A stretch of DNA of 56,591 bases, taken from Trichinella spiralis (taxonomy: Eukaryota). The notes below the pieces were generated by a model. That model was not told the origin of the DNA, made no database searches, and was given only the letters and a program-made list of their open reading frames with translations. The translations under genes were made by a program, and so were the position numbers. The stretch covers positions 8,486,495 to 8,543,085 of the forward strand of contig NW_003526941.1 in the NCBI RefSeq assembly GCF_000181795.1, in the 5' to 3' direction. Below, in pieces: positions 1 to 14,355 of the stretch. The first letter of the stretch is position 1, and every line of letters begins with the position of its first letter.

Positions 1-968
1 TAAATATCAATTAGCATCCAATGTTTTCAGAACAAAGCGTTGTGATTGCAGACGGTTTTTGATGTTCTTCCACATTGTGTTGTAGATTTTTTCATAAATA
101 GGAAAGGAACTGTTCGTTGTTGAACATTTTAATACTACTTTTGAATATTTTACTTTTCAAAATAATGTACCACTTGTTTCATATTATTTGGTTGAAATAG
201 TTGCTACGCCTATTATTTTTACTTCAATTTATGCAGTTTTCAAATAAATAATATCTTCTGTTTTCATAATAATGTGAACGTTACGTCAAGTTCAAGCTGT
301 CACACAGTTTCTGTCTCACGTAAATCACATGTTTTAATTGAAATCAACAGTAGTGGTTAATTGTCCATGACCTAATATTTGAAATGCAAATTTTTTCAAT
401 GAAACACAATGGCCATTTTACGGTATAAAGGATTGATTTTCAGGTATCTTTCATAGATTTTCTTTTTACTTTTTGTTAAGATTTTTTTTGTTTTACAAAA
501 TATTTCCTTCAGAAAATTAATGCTCATACATAACTTGATGTATGTTCATTTCAGTTATGAATATCTTTCACTTTCGATTTAGTAAAAAACATACACTATC
601 AAAATGCATGGATGTTCATTCTCGCACAAAGTGCGCATGCAGACATGTCAATAAATAAGAATTTTCATTTTTTTGCAATGAATAAGGTGCAAATGAAATG
701 TGAATTGTATACACTGGCGCCACGCATGCATTGTATTTGACCTGCTTTGCATTGCTTGTTCTGACCTTCAAAATTTTCCCATTCTTTTCCCTCATAGATT
801 CTCGTCAACTCAAGGCAAAGCATATAATATAAATTTTACTATTTTAAAGCTGAATTCACAGAGCCACTTTCAGTTGAAAAATTCCAAATGATAGTCGAAA
901 CGAGCACAAAATTCTGAGTGTAAAGTTAACACAGTGATAACGTTGTACATGAGAATGAAAACAAATAA

Positions 969-2273
969 CTATGCCCCGTAATCTTTCGCGATCATTCTTG
1001 AAACAATACTGTCATCAATGGAACTGAAGTTCAATTCTGGTTCTTTTAAATGATAAACCTATAATCGAAAATAAATTGACAGTTTTTAATATCTAATTGA
1101 TAAGTTTAAGATTTTTCTTCACTTTTTTACCTCTTTTATTTTAGATACGTTAGTTACATTTTTCAGTTCTTTCAGTGGTACACTTTTTCCCTTTATCACT
1201 TTAAGCAATTTGGTCAAACAGTCGCCGCTCGAGTCGCCTACCAGAGCCGCAATAATGTCCGTAGTGTTTTCGCTGATTCCGAACGTTAGCAAAGAGTCGC
1301 TGATCTAAAAATAAATTATTTTTCAATTTAAACACTAAATTTCTGCTCAATATAATATTCTTATTAATTTTTTTAAAAGTAATAACTAACTGAAACGTGC
1401 AAAAAGCAAAATGTGCTAGCTGTTATTTCAATGAAATTAGAATTCGTTTGTTATTTAAGAGTGTATTTTTTCGCAGTGATTGATTTCTAAGCTAAAACGT
1501 TCCTCAGAGGGTCTTCAATAAAGTTGGATTAAATCGTTTGTAATACTTCAGTTACTTGTGATGTTGGTCTGAATTAAATTTCGAAGTAAATCGATTTATT
1601 CAAAGATTTCCCTAGAGAGTCAAAAATAGAGTGGTGGATTTTTCAAATAACCATGACTGACATTCTAATTTATAATGAGCAGCAGCAGCACCAAGTCAGT
1701 GGTTCACTCATTAAATAACTTCTCAAGTGCGCGCTATTATAAATACAAAATAAGACTAGAATGCAAAAATCAATTTCTACCCTGACAGTTGCTTTCTGAA
1801 CATTTTACAACAGGCCTCATTTTACATTTTAACAAATGTTAACTTTAATGTCAGTTACTGACAAACGCGTACGTAGTATTGAAAATTGTATGCTCGCGAT
1901 GCAAGTGAAAAACATCTCTTACAGATGTAGTAGGAGAAAGGGAATATATCAGTTCTGTGTGCACGTTTTTTGTGATCATCTTTTCATGTTTGCTTGCGTG
2001 CAATGCTCGATTTGCAGCGGCAAGTAGCTGAAACGTAGAATGAACCTAAAAATCTCTGCAACATTACATGCCACCTTTTCGTCATGAAAACAGTTTTACC
2101 AGTTCAGCTTTAATCAGACTGCCAGTAATTTTTCCGCTTCGCAACTCTGTCAACAAGTGATCTGCATTTTTCACTTCGCGAAAAAGGCAAATACGTAGCG
2201 CTACCTTTTTCGAACCTGTGCCATCATCAAATGGGTCTGGGTATATGTAAAATACTTCGCTGTATCTGCCCAT
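969..2273 (-). CDS. TPRKB: EKC/KEOPS complex subunit TPRKB / CGI-121 (4 exons: 2273-2100, 2045-1923, 1304-1131, 1058-969)
   Basis: Spliced translation in frame with GT-AG junctions: MGRY...LRICLFREVKNADHL...GSLIKAEL|VHSTFQLLAAANRALH...KMITKNVHTELIYSLSPTS|ISDSLLTFGISENTTDII...|VYHLKEPE...IDDSIVSRMIAKDYGA*. This matches CGI-121 family motifs throughout. Confidence 0.9.
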
Positions 2274-3374
2274 CTCAAAGAAAAATTACCAAATTGTTAA
2301 ATTTCATGTGATAAAATAGGTGAACTGATGAATGTAATAGAAATAAAATAGACCACGAATGTTCTGAAATTCTTCAAAAGCAAATAATACCAATAACTGG
2401 CGTACTGTGCTTACAAATAAAAATCGTAAAAATCTGGAAGTTATGTTCTTCCAATGTGACGAACAATATTACTTATATTTTGATATTGAAACGAAAATTA
2501 TCATTATCAGCACTGTTGGAAGTTTAATGTATTAAAGTATAATCGAATTTAAAAAGAATTGGAGATGATTAATACAGTAATTTTAATGCAAGTGTAAGTT
2601 CCAATTATTCGTACTGTAGTTTTTTGTTATTTTTTGTTTTTGATTTTTTAATGAAAACTTACAGCTGAAAATTCTGTATAGCTTTAATATAAATAATGAT
2701 GCTGTGTAAAGTAATTTCGACATATTATACATTGAGAAAAATGACTGAGCTTGAAATGCTTCAGCAAAAATTATTTCGTAAATTTTCTGTGTATTTTTTT
2801 TCAAAATTAGAGGTGTATTCTAATTTATAATCATTGCTTATTTATTTTTACATTTAAATTTTGCTGTGAATGAAAATGTCTAATGAAATAATGCTACTGT
2901 AGATGAATAGTCTATATAACTTAAGTTTTGGTGGTTAGTGCTGTTTAATGTTGCAGAGTTTGATGTTTGCAGTGTGACTTAAAAGTTACACATTTTTCCT
3001 GAATTTTAAAAATATTATTATAAGTTTTAATAATTGCTCTAAAAATGAACAAATTTAGTGCCTTAATTATTTAACACACTGTATTTGTTTTTATTTAAAG
3101 TTTTTTTCTTTATCCATATTGCACAGAAACATGCGTAACAGTGACAATAGAATACAAATCAAATTCTACATATGTGAAGATGATTTTATTTGCTATTTTT
3201 GAAATTAGCGTACTGTTCAGTGTTTGGGCTATTATGGTTTTTTTCAAAGATTTATAAAATAAACATGAATTTCATGATAGAATAATTTTTATTTTAAATT
3301 TCAAGTTTTAGCCACAATAGTTGTTTTGATTTCACAGTTTATTTTGTATTAATAAATTGTTTCATGCAGAGTTT

Positions 3375-5445
3375 ATGTCAGTGAGCACCCATTCTCAAAA
3401 TGCTACTATGAAGACGGATGTTAAGTCAGCAATATACGCATTCGAAAACAAAAAGAAGGTATGCGTTATATTTTAGTTGTTGTGATTGCATAGATGTTTG
3501 TGATAATTTTGCAAAGACTGCAAGTTAATGTTTCTGATTTTCTACATTTATTTGTGATTATAAATGTCGACAATATTTTACTTCTAGCAAGTGCTTGCTC
3601 ATGAATTTGGTTTCGGCTCTCCGTGTAGAAAATGTGGTGAAAAGTGTCCAGGTTTGGAATTGCATTTCTGGAGGTAAATAACAAAATGTATAGTTTCATT
3701 TAATCAAATGCGCGCATATTATCAAAAAAATTTTTTTCTGAAAGTATGAATTATATTTTCAGATTTGTTGTTTAGGATATTTAAGATTGCATTTGTTCAC
3801 CATCTACTGAAAATCTGTGTTTGTAAATTTTGAAGTTCAGTCGTTTGTTGTGAACGTTAATTTTTTATTTTTATGTTAAACTTTGATGAATGAAAAGAGT
3901 AAGCCTCTCGTGAATAAGTACACAGATGGCGATAAATTGAGTAAATGTTGAAGTTTTTGAATTAATTGATTATATTTTGCGTAATTGTTCGGATGTTATT
4001 ATTTCCAGTGTATTGAAGATAAAAGATAATTGAACTTTGTTGAACAGGAAGATTTGTATGCAGTGCAAATGTGGCAAAGAAGATCATGATATTGTTATAG
4101 AGAACGTCGATCCCGGCCAATTTCGAATTGGTCGTCTGTTTCAGAAGCAGGCGGATGCCAGTAACAATAATGGAAGACTTTTGCAGCAGTTAAATTCATC
4201 TTCAGCAGCGCTTGAAAATTTCGAATGGACACCACCCAGCAGCGTATCCGCGTCACTTGTAAACTTTTGTTTCATATTCGCATTGTCGTTGTTGGTTGAG
4301 CTTTTATTGGAATTGCGTTATTATCAATATACGATGAAAATTTGGAAAGCATATTTTCAGTCGGAGAAATTTCTGTTCACATTGCCGAAAGAGTTTCGAC
4401 CGATCAGAGGTACGGAAGGTGCAATTCGCAGACGTCAAGCTTTGGAAAGGCAGCTTCCTTTGCACGATTTGGATATAAATGCGGCAAGTCATCCTGTTGA
4501 TCAGTGTGAAAGGGTGAATATGGAAAAATTTTTGACCACCATGAAGCTTCGCAACGTCGGCCAAGGTGCGGTGAAGGAAGTTGAACACGAAATGCCGTTC
4601 CACAAGTTTGAGGTTATTGTAGAAAAATATTCTTCTTCTAATTCTTGCAATTGATGTTGAAAAAATTGTAGAATTGTTTCTCTTGCAACAGTGTTGCCAC
4701 GCCCGGAGAGGTGATCGTTGTCGCAGATCGATTTGGACCAAATGTAAATTTTGGTTCCACTTTTTTGCGGTATTATTTTGTAGTTTTGTGAATCTTAGGT
4801 ATTTTGGCATCCGATGTGTTTTCGGTGTTCTGTCTGTAATGAATACCTAGTTGATTTGATCTATTTTTACAAGAATAGTAAAATATTTTGCGGACGTCAC
4901 TTCGGCGAATCCCTGTGCCCACGTTGTGCCGGCTGTGATGAGGTATCCATGGTTTGCTGTGGTTTTCGTTGGCTTATTATATTTTTTTGCTTTTTTTAAT
5001 TTAGCTGATTTTCACTGACAAATATACCGTTGCCGAAAACTGTACTTGGCATGTGGAACATTTTTGTTGTTTCAGTTGTGAGAAAAGTTTAGGCGGGCAT
5101 CGTTATTATTTCAAAAATAATCAGCCCTACTGTCTGGATTGCTATGAAAATTATTGGGCAAAAGTTGCTTGCAATATATATATATAAATATGGGGAAAAT
5201 TTCGTAATTATTAATTCATAATTTTTCAGACATGCCATAAGTGTGGAAAGAAGATCGCAGCCGACGCCAATCGCACTGAATTCGCCGGCATCTACTGGCA
5301 TGCTAACGACGAATGTTTTTCCTGTTCCACGTGTAGAAAAGGCCTGGTCCGATGTCGATTTCTACTCGCTGCCGGCGCTGTGTTTTGTTCTACAGCTTGC
5401 AAAATTGCTTCAAAAGAAGTTCAATTGACGAACCAGGTTGAATGA
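3375..5445 (+). CDS. TES: Testin-like PET + 3 LIM domain protein (multi-exon; first exons 3375-3458, 3588-3673, 4048-...)
   Basis: N-terminal Cys-rich motif [37 protein letters not shown] domain ([30 protein letters not shown]), then three LIM domains ([52 protein letters not shown]). Stop TGA at 5443-5445. The start ATG is a best guess. Confidence 0.88.
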
Positions 5446-6004
5446 GGTGTGAAACAAGGTGAAAAAATTATTCCTTTTTTCTTTTTAATTCACTTTCAAC
5501 TTCCAATTCATTATTATCGTTGTTTCAATTTGATAAGTTGTTTATTTAAAAATACAAATGAAAGTGCAAAATTTAAAAATACAAAATTCGGTGCTCACCG
5601 CATGCATATGATTAGCAAATATTTTTTTCTTACTCTTCTACCTGCAGATCAGTTTCTCCGTTTTGATTTTATTATCGTTGAATGTATTTTTTTCAACTGA
5701 TTTTTACATATTATGTTTTTTAAAAAACTTTTCAAAGTTCATTTAATATTTATAAATGTAAATGTACTTGCTTGTTACTGATCTGAATTAATTTTGTTGA
5801 CGCTTTGTTTTTTGTTTAGTAAAAAAATTTCTTTAACAGAAAGTAAAATAATTTTAATTCATTTCCAATTACTGACTTCAATTAGGAAATCGTCTTAAAT
5901 TTGTTCAGCTTTGGCTTACAATTTTTTTGAAAAACTTGAATTTTTTTAATATGTTGTGTACTGTAGTTTTTTGTTCACTTTCACTATTTGAAGTGGGTTC
6001 GAAA

Positions 6005-9000
6005 ATGAAAATGTATACCCGTGTTTTGATTGAATTGTGGCTTTTATGGCGACTGTTTTACGTCAACGCTACCGAGAAGCACTGCGTTCCTAAGAGGTAT
6101 TTGATGTACCCGTACATTGGCGATAAGCGTACTGATGCGACTGGACAAAAATGCCTCTACTGGGGAAGCCAACAAGGCTTACCGACCGACGCTGAAATAG
6201 AACTGGAAGATCGATGCACAAATAAGTGCTTTATAGGAGACAATATTTTTACAAGTTGTTCTCATGATTACAAGCTTCAAATGCCCATTTGTACAGTCAG
6301 CAATTATCATGGTGGTTTTATGGCGAGTCCTTGCTTTTTTGCCTGCGAAGATATAGATGAAAAATGTATTCCAATGGTAAAACGTTCCCCTTGGTCGTAT
6401 GCAGGAAACGCCAATGCCCCGATTCCAATAGATTGTTATTCCCACGGAGGCACAAAGTGTTTGTTTGAATACAAGTTCTGTTATAATAGTGTTGGCCATT
6501 TAGTCACTTGTAGCAATCGTTTCGGCTTCTTTCCTCCTTGCTTGTTTGTATGTGAGCATTATCACTGGAGCTGTTCGCCCACTTTCTATGGATTGACGAA
6601 CTTCCGGCCTTTCATGTATTATGCAAGTGGAGAATATGGATTGGTAACCAAATTTTCACAGCAGTGTTGGGGTTTAAAGGACGCGAGACCAAGAGGTACC
6701 GCGGAAGACTGTATGGAATTTAATCTTTGGGATAAACCAACGAAACACCCAAAGTGGAGATGTGTGGAAAATTGTGCATTCCCATTCAGCAGGGGTCCAA
6801 CTGGAAGTGTACCGGAGCCATACCCTGTATTTCAGCCGAATTGTATAAGTGAAGATGCGGTTGCATATTATTTCAGAAAAATGATGATTAGAAGAGCGAA
6901 AACTATTCAGTTTCCAAAAGCTACAACTGTTACTGGCGAGCCTTGCGTTTCAGAAGGAATCCGAGGAATATGCTCGATGAGTGTTGTATTTTATTCAAGT
7001 ATGTTTTCCGTACCTTGGTGCTTTACCATCGAAAAGAAAGTAGAAATGTGCTATTCAATCTGTCAGCACGATATGATATCTTGCATCACGTCTTCTGGAT
7101 TTGCTTACACCGAAGCTGATGATTATATACAGAATTGGGCAGATACCGGTGAAATTGATCAATTAACCGACGATGAAAGGCGAAATGCATCGGCGAATGA
7201 ATTTTTGATTGAAAAAAGACCAGCTATTTGGTACAGTGGCTTGAAGAATACCACATACAATGGAATATCTTGCGAACCGTGGCGTGATGTTTTAGCGAAT
7301 TTTGCAGAGGATCCTAATTTTGACGCTAAAAATATTGACAGCAGTACTATAGCTATTCTGTATAATTCGTTGGGAAATCGTTGCGCTCAAATTCATCATT
7401 ATAACACTCTTGGCAACCATGTCGCCTATTTACGAAGTTCTCTGGGTCCATTTTGTTATGTAAAACTTGATTCCAATTTTAAAACGAACATTCAGTATGT
7501 ACCGTTGCCGTGTTTCCCGGTCTGTGGACAGACTAATTCCTCGAACATTATGAGCTTTGCTGAAATGCACGCTTTGCGTACTCTGTTTGAAAAGCACAAA
7601 GGCGAAGAGGCGCTCATTTATCTTCAGTTTTCCAAAAGGTAATTATTAATTAATTTCTTGAAGTAATTTTACATGAATTGCGAGATGATAAAACCATCAC
7701 ATAAGATCATTATGAAAATGCAAAAGAAATCTTTCAAGAAACTAATTATATAATTAAATGTGAAATGTAAAATTGTCTTATTTCAATAATTTTTGCATGA
7801 CGCTTCCACTGAAAATGTTCATTTTGAATGACTGTTGATTTGATTTGATTGGATTGGATTGGAATCAAATGAAGAGATCAGTGAAAAAAAAATTTTTTTT
7901 TTCATATGTATCGAAAATTGAAATCTCACCAGATCGTTATTTCAGAACTACAATTGATGGAGAACCATGCAGTGAATTGTGCCACTTCTCAGGTCTTCAA
8001 GCTGGTGTACGGGAAAATCGTCACCTGAGTGCTGAAACAGCTGAAGCTTACTGCCGTGTTGGAATGAAAATGAAGCTGTGCTTGCTGGGCATAGATCATC
8101 CTCTGGCGCAAACCTATGCAACAAAAGGAAAATCGAAGAGCACAGCTTATTTGAAAAAGCTTTACAACGTTACGACGGAATTGAAATTTGAAAACTTCAA
8201 TGCTTCCAAAAGTCACGCATCATTCAAAATTGGTATTTCTCTTGTTTTCATAATTTTAAGCTTTGTTCAATTAAAGATTATTGAAAATAATAAATAATGT
8301 TGTGATTTTGACAGGTAACAAGTCTCGTTTGATACAAAAAATGGATCTTATACAGGATGGTGAAAATATGATTTTCTGTCGCAGTGCGAATGACTTGATG
8401 AGCGAGTATCGTGGCAAAATTGCCGTCACAGTGAACGGGCACAGTTGCCAACCCTGGGCTGCAAAGTATCCTCACAGACATCAGTATGGCGCGGGACATT
8501 TTGGCGATGAGACCATTGCAGAAGTGATGAATTATTGTCGAAATCCGGACAAGTCCAGTTGCGGTCCTTGGTGCTTTACGACGGATCCAACAGTGATACG
8601 AGAGCCGTGCTTTCACATTTGTGCAAGCAAGCCAGAAGAGGAGCATACGGGATGTTTGCCGAAGCATTTGTTGTACAAGAAGAGTTTGAGTTTTGTTTGG
8701 CAGCATAACAAAAAGGTGACTGTGTCCAACAAGCCGTGCAATTTTTCCACCATCATTACCAACGAGCATGACATTTTTGCTCGGAAAATGTGCACTGTAA
8801 GTTTTTATCGTATATTTTATAGGCAAATTTATTTATTTTACTCTTCAATAATGTTCTTTATTTTTTTATTTAACATTTTAGTTTCCATTAGGTTAGAACA
8901 GTGGTTTCCAAAGTTGAACTGGCCATGGACCCCTTACAGTTCATTTGATGTGCAGGGAAAAGGAGGGAGTACGGTAAGGGGACTTGGAGCCAGAGTAGTT

Positions 9001-9262
9001 TGGATAGAATATTGGCTACTAACTGTTGGATAGAATGATCAGTCTAAGAATGATAATCAGTCAAAGAATGAACTGAATGTGTAAATGAAGCATCGACGTG
9101 GCGCGTTATGTCTGACAGTTCTTAGCAGTTTCAGTTGAAATTAAATAAAATGAAGGAGTGTACATCTGAAAATGTTTCCGTGGACCCCACTTTTGGGAGC
9201 CACTGGTTTAGAATACAATGTTCACAGCGATGCAGTTTTTAATCTTATTCCTCATACTGTGC

Positions 9263-9324
<62 letters not shown>

Positions 9325-10668
9325 ATTGATCGAGCTTTTTTGTTGGTTGGAGGTGGGACTGAGATGGGAGCAAAAATGATTTGATTTGATTTTTAAAATG
9401 GCTCATATAATTTAAGAAAAAACTGTTCTAGATTAATGAAAAGTTGGAAATTGGACCGGTGTGTCAGCCTGAAGATAGTTCACTTTTGGAACGGTGCTTC
9501 ATTGCTTGCGAAGATGCCGACTTGGAGTGCATACCGAGAAATGAGATGCTTGTTTATGATTACAAGGGCAATCGCAAGGTGTCGCTGTCAGGCAGTCCTT
9601 GCTTGGATTGGAATTATATTTACAACGTTTACGCCCAGTTGCCTGAAACCACTTCTGCTGAGCTGAAGCATTTTTGGAACAGATTCTTTTATCACAGCAA
9701 TTCATCAGATTTTCGGCGCTGGTTGGACATGTTTTCCACCGTTTCTTATGTGGGATGTTTGAATTTGTTGACCAGAATTTCCAGTGCCAAGGATTTGATG
9801 AAGCATTTTCCGGAAAATGTGGATACGGTCATCTTCAAGGGACCGATCTGCTTTACCAACAAGGCCGACTTTTTAGTACCGGAGCCTTGTTTCAAGACGT
9901 GCGAAGATGACTGGGTGGACAAGAAGGACTGTTTGCCGAAGCATAAAAAGCAGTGAGTGCAGTCAGCAGTGCAAAAAAAAATGATTTGAATTTTGATCAA
10001 ATTCTGCTTCTCTGATTCATGTTAATTTTGGAGGAAAAGCTTTTTATCTTTCCGTTTTCAAAATTGATCCTTTCTCTCATTCTTGTTATCTCATTTATTG
10101 TGGCGTTCAGTTTGCAGTTGTATTATATATATGCAAGTGTATTTTTTATTTTCAGAGATTTTATATACTTTGGTTATAAAAACACAACTGTCAGTGGAAG
10201 ACCGTGTCGGATGTGGGACAAAGGTAGACTTGATATTCTTCTGCCGTGGGAACTTACCGGTCCGCATCATAATTACTGCAGAAATTATGGGAAAGAAAAA
10301 ATGGGCCCGTGGTGTTACGTTGAAGATAGGAATGTTGTTCGTGAAGCATGCTTTAAAACTTGCGCTGACAAGAAGATTACTGAAGAAATGATGACTTCTT
10401 ACAGTGTTCGATCTTGGAAAAGGAATCCCTGTGATGTTAATTCTGAAATCAGAAGTTTTTGTTGTTCTTATGCAGGTAGGTTCAGTTCACTTGTGCAGTA
10501 ATTAAGTAATGTGTTACAATTTCTGCAGTTTTCGTTCTCCAAGCAAAGGTTGTTGCTATTTATTACTTTGCAAAAGCTGATAAATATTAGCAACGCATTT
10601 TATTCGAAATGTTAATTCACTGAATAATTGCGCTTTGTATCATTGATTAGATGAATTTTATAGATTTA

Positions 10669-10721
<53 letters not shown>

Positions 10722-11379
10722 AATGATATGATAATTTTGTGATTGAAAGGATTTCTTTTCATTAGCTATCCCAAAAAGCACTGAAGATGAGAAAAATGCC
10801 ACCTCTAATGGAACTGAAGGTAAGATTGTGTAGTTGAAATGAGGACGGCTGTTATGGTAAGAAATATGCACTGTTGGAATTTTTTCAGCATTTTCGCTTG
10901 CAACACAAGAACCTCCAAAGCAAAAGCCTGATCAACTGCTTGAGGAAGATGAAAAAATTTTAGATGCTTTGAATCTCGTATGGGACGATCCATCAGAGGC
11001 AATTGAAGATGCCGTCCATACTAGCGCCAAATCGTCCAATTTGCCAATGATTGCTTTCATCATGTACTATTTTGCACACTGGATGATTTTTCTGCTGCAC
11101 GTGATGTATCTGAGCAATGAACCGGATGTGGCGCAGATACGGATGAAAGCGGCAGTTCGAGAGGAAAAGAAGGCGCTTAAGATTGAACAAGAGAAATTCG
11201 AGAAAGGTGGTTCGACAGTCAAGGAAAAGAAAAGACGTAGGCGTAGCGGTGAACGCCGAGGACGAAGCCGAGGAAGTCGTCATGGGAAGCAGGAACGAAG
11301 AAAGAAAGACAGTAGACGGAAAAAACTGAAAGAGAGATTCAAACGACGATCACGATCTAAAAGCCACAGAAAACATTAA
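6005..11379 (+). CDS. Predicted type I membrane protein with ~10 kringle/kringle-like modules, no protease domain, and an Arg/Lys/Ser-rich tail (exons approx. 6005-7638, 7933-8232, ~8315-8796, ~9433-9953, 10156-10475, 10766-10819, 10889-11379)
   Basis: Signal-peptide-like N-terminus (MKMYTRVLIELWLLWRLFYVNA). Two canonical kringles (YRG..TVNGHSCQPW..NYCRNPD..GPWCFT; YFG..TVSGRPCRMW..NYCRN..GPWCYV) plus degenerate repeats ending PCFxxC. Hydrophobic segment LPMIAFIMYYFAHWMIFLLHVMYL before a basic tail. Some internal junctions are uncertain. Confidence 0.75.
8899..9205. mobile_element. Non-autonomous hAT (Charlie/Buster-like) MITE in an intron of the kringle gene
   Basis: TIRs CAGTGGTTTCCAAAGT (8899) and ACTTTTGGGAGCCACTG (ends 9205). 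8-bp TSD GGTTAGAA (8891-8898) versus GTTTAGAA (9206-9213), 7/8 identical. Subterminal TGGACCCC motif near both ends. Confidence 0.8.
9266..9323. repeat. (TG)n microsatellite
   Basis: Perfect TG dinucleotide run. Confidence 0.97.
10672..10717. repeat. (AT)n microsatellite
   Basis: Perfect AT dinucleotide run. Confidence 0.97.
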
Positions 11380-13105
11380 ACAAATGTATGCAAATGTAGT
11401 ATTGTTATTTTCTTTTGAAAATTAGTCAATTAATTAATGTATACGTTTCAAGCAGGTACCACCTCGATCTGATGCACATCGTTGAAACGTTTGCTCGGTT
11501 ATATTTTAAAAATAAAGTTCTGAGACAAATGAATGTTCATTCATTTTGCAGAATTTTAAATACGTTGCGGAGCAAATGCAAATTCTGAGAAATTTCACTT
11601 CCTTCTTTATCATAAATTTTATAATATTGTGTTATATGAAGAATTGAAAATGGAAACACAACAGTTTTAGTGATGTTTATTATGGAAAAGATTACATTTG
11701 TGACATCGGTCATGTTGTAATTGAAAAACTCAAATATTTTCCATTTCAGTTGAAATAATTCAGGAAAATCAATTTGTACTTAACATTTTCTATAATCTAC
11801 AGTAAGTATACTAATGACATTTATCGCCCAATTAGCGAATCGGTTAAGAAAAAGCACAAAATAGTTGTGCAGTTATAGTTGCAGTCGTTGACAAATAGTG
11901 AGAAGTTAAAACAGTAGGTGAGCATAACCAAAGTTTCACAGTTGTATGAGTTGTTTTGTGTATCTTTGTGTATCAGTTCCTGTTTATTCAAAGCCACTCA
12001 TAAATTTCATCTTATCTGCTGTTTGATGACCAGCTTGAAGCGGAATATGATAAACATATTTATTGATAATTTAAAGCTACATTTTTTACAAAACAGTAAA
12101 TCCAACATTTGGTTTTTAGGTTCACTTTTCATTTTTCGCGCTTCACTTCAACAAATAATACTACGTGAACAATAGACTGAAAATACGATCAGTCACAAAC
12201 AATTTCACATTTTTGCGGCTCTACATCCCCACCATACTGCATCACCGGCGTGTGTTGAGCTAGATATGAATTTAAACAAATTACCTGCTTTTTTTGAGTT
12301 GTCTTTCTTTATTTCATTACACACATTACACTGTAGATGGCCAGTTTTACTAATAATAAATCAAAGAAAAGCCTTTGAAGTGAAAATGAAAACGGTAAAG
12401 CATTGTTTTGCATGTAATTAAAGGTTTTTCATTTTTGAACATTTCAAAAATCAAAGTGACCACTTCAGTTGAGCTTTCACTGTTGATAAAGCATTTGATT
12501 ATTCAATGTGAAAATATATTAAACTTTTCTTCACAGGACAAGTCTGAAATGAAAAACTTAATTGTATTCATTATAGCTTGCAGTGCATTGCGTATTTGTA
12601 AACATAGTAATCAAAAACATTGAAATTTCTTCATTTTGTCACGTATTATGCAGATTATTGAATTACTATGCCAGAAATATGCAAAAAGAAACGTGACAAT
12701 GATTTGCTGTTACACAATTTGTTTCAAGTTTTCTATGTTCAAAAGATTACAATCTCTTTTCAACTTATACTTTCAATTTTAGTTTTCGATAAATGAGTAA
12801 ACACTAATGCAATAATACAATGACGTAATTTCAAACGGTTCATCTATTATACAATAATGATGCATCGAAAATTTTCATAAATGATCCACGTACATGCATT
12901 GCTTTATCCATTTGAATAATCAATAACAGACATTGTTTTGACTTTCAACTAGCAAATTTTTCAACGAATGCGTTCTCTCCAAAGGGATTATTATTTTCAA
13001 TATATTACAGGGTATTATTCTATTCAGCTCAATTCGTATATACGTTTCACCATTGACCAGTGTGCTGCGCAGCATTGAATGCCAGCATGCTTTCGCTTTT
13101 CACTT

Positions 13106-14203
13106 GCAAATTAGCATAGTTTGACAATCAGTGAATAGTGCGCTTCTCTACTTCACTTTGTTGGCATCTGTGTGGATATGCGCCTCTATTCCGCTTTTAT
13201 TACTTGCTATTTTATTATTTTTTATACACTTTTATTATTTTTCACAATTATCAAACACTCAATATGTGAAATATGGAAAAGTGAAAATTTTTCTTCAGCA
13301 TTCAGTTAAAATGCAATTTAAAATTAAAATCATGAAAATGTAATTAATAATTAAAAATACCGTAATATACAGTATACTTATTGCCAAATCACCGAGAAAA
13401 GGTTACAAAATAGCAGACCAATCAGAACAAGACGAAAGTCCTCACAATAGTTCATATTTTAATTCAGTCATTTTCAATTAATTGCGTTGCGGTGCGTACC
13501 AAATTGTTCAAGTAAAGAAAATAGTATCAAGGTATCAATTGAATATTGACATACACATTTTCTTGATGTTTTTACATGTTCGTGTGTCTACGTTTAAGTA
13601 TTTGATTACTTTTAATATACATAGAAATTCAAAAAAACTAACTACATATTCTCAGTTTTATAAAGTTAATTTAGTTGTTCAAAAATATTCATGTTTCAAT
13701 TTGTTATTAAGCGCATACGTCTAGATATAAACGTGTAGAATACGTTCAATTTTTGAATTTACACTTGCTTGTGGCATTGAATAGGTCGAATATCAATCAT
13801 TAATCGCTTAGTATTTTCTATTATGCCAAACAACGAAATACCATTTGTCGTACAGAGAATCATCAAACCTTATGTTATAACTTTATATTATATTTTCAAA
13901 ATGTAGATGATCACAGACATTTGGTAAATTAAATTTTTTTTCTGCTTAATTTAGTTTAGTGTGCTTATGTTTTGCTGAAAAGCATTTTGCCATGAGTTCC
14001 ATTTATGTAGGACATTTTTGAATTTCCAAATTTCAAATCCAGAAATGCGGAGGCGTGTTTTGACTATGTCAATGTTTTTGTTATGGTGTTCTCTGTCAGA
14101 TAGTTTATATTTTGACTGAATTTTAAAAATAAAGGTCATTTTTGAATTTTCAAATAACTGCCATTGATTGTTTAATTTTTCAATTTGCTTGAATTGCTTC
14201 TAC
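13106..14203 (+). repeat. Dispersed repeat, direct copy of ~48418-49495
   Basis: Collinear high similarity, e.g. AATAGTGCGCTTC..ACTTCACTTTGTTGGCATC, GTGGCATTGAATAGGTCGAATATCAATCA and TGTCAGATAGTTTATATTTTGACTGAATTT occur in both copies. Confidence 0.92.
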
Positions 14204-14213
14204 NNNNNNNNNN
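14204..14213. other. Assembly gap (10 N)
   Basis: Run of N. Confidence 1.
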
Positions 14214-14355
14214 GTATTTAAAAGTGGGTATAAGGGCCGATACAAAAATTTTATGAAGACGAGACATCACCTACTCTCAACATAATATGAAAAAAGTCTT
14301 AGTTTTACAGAAAAAATATCTTACTAATCTATTGCTTACTACAAACATAGGGTAA

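Noticed and set aside
1305..1922. Intronic snoRNA in the long TPRKB intron
   Set aside because: No convincing C/D or H/ACA box pair on the sense strand.
9172..9384. ORF with a CVCVCV run
   Set aside because: Artefact of the (TG)n microsatellite.
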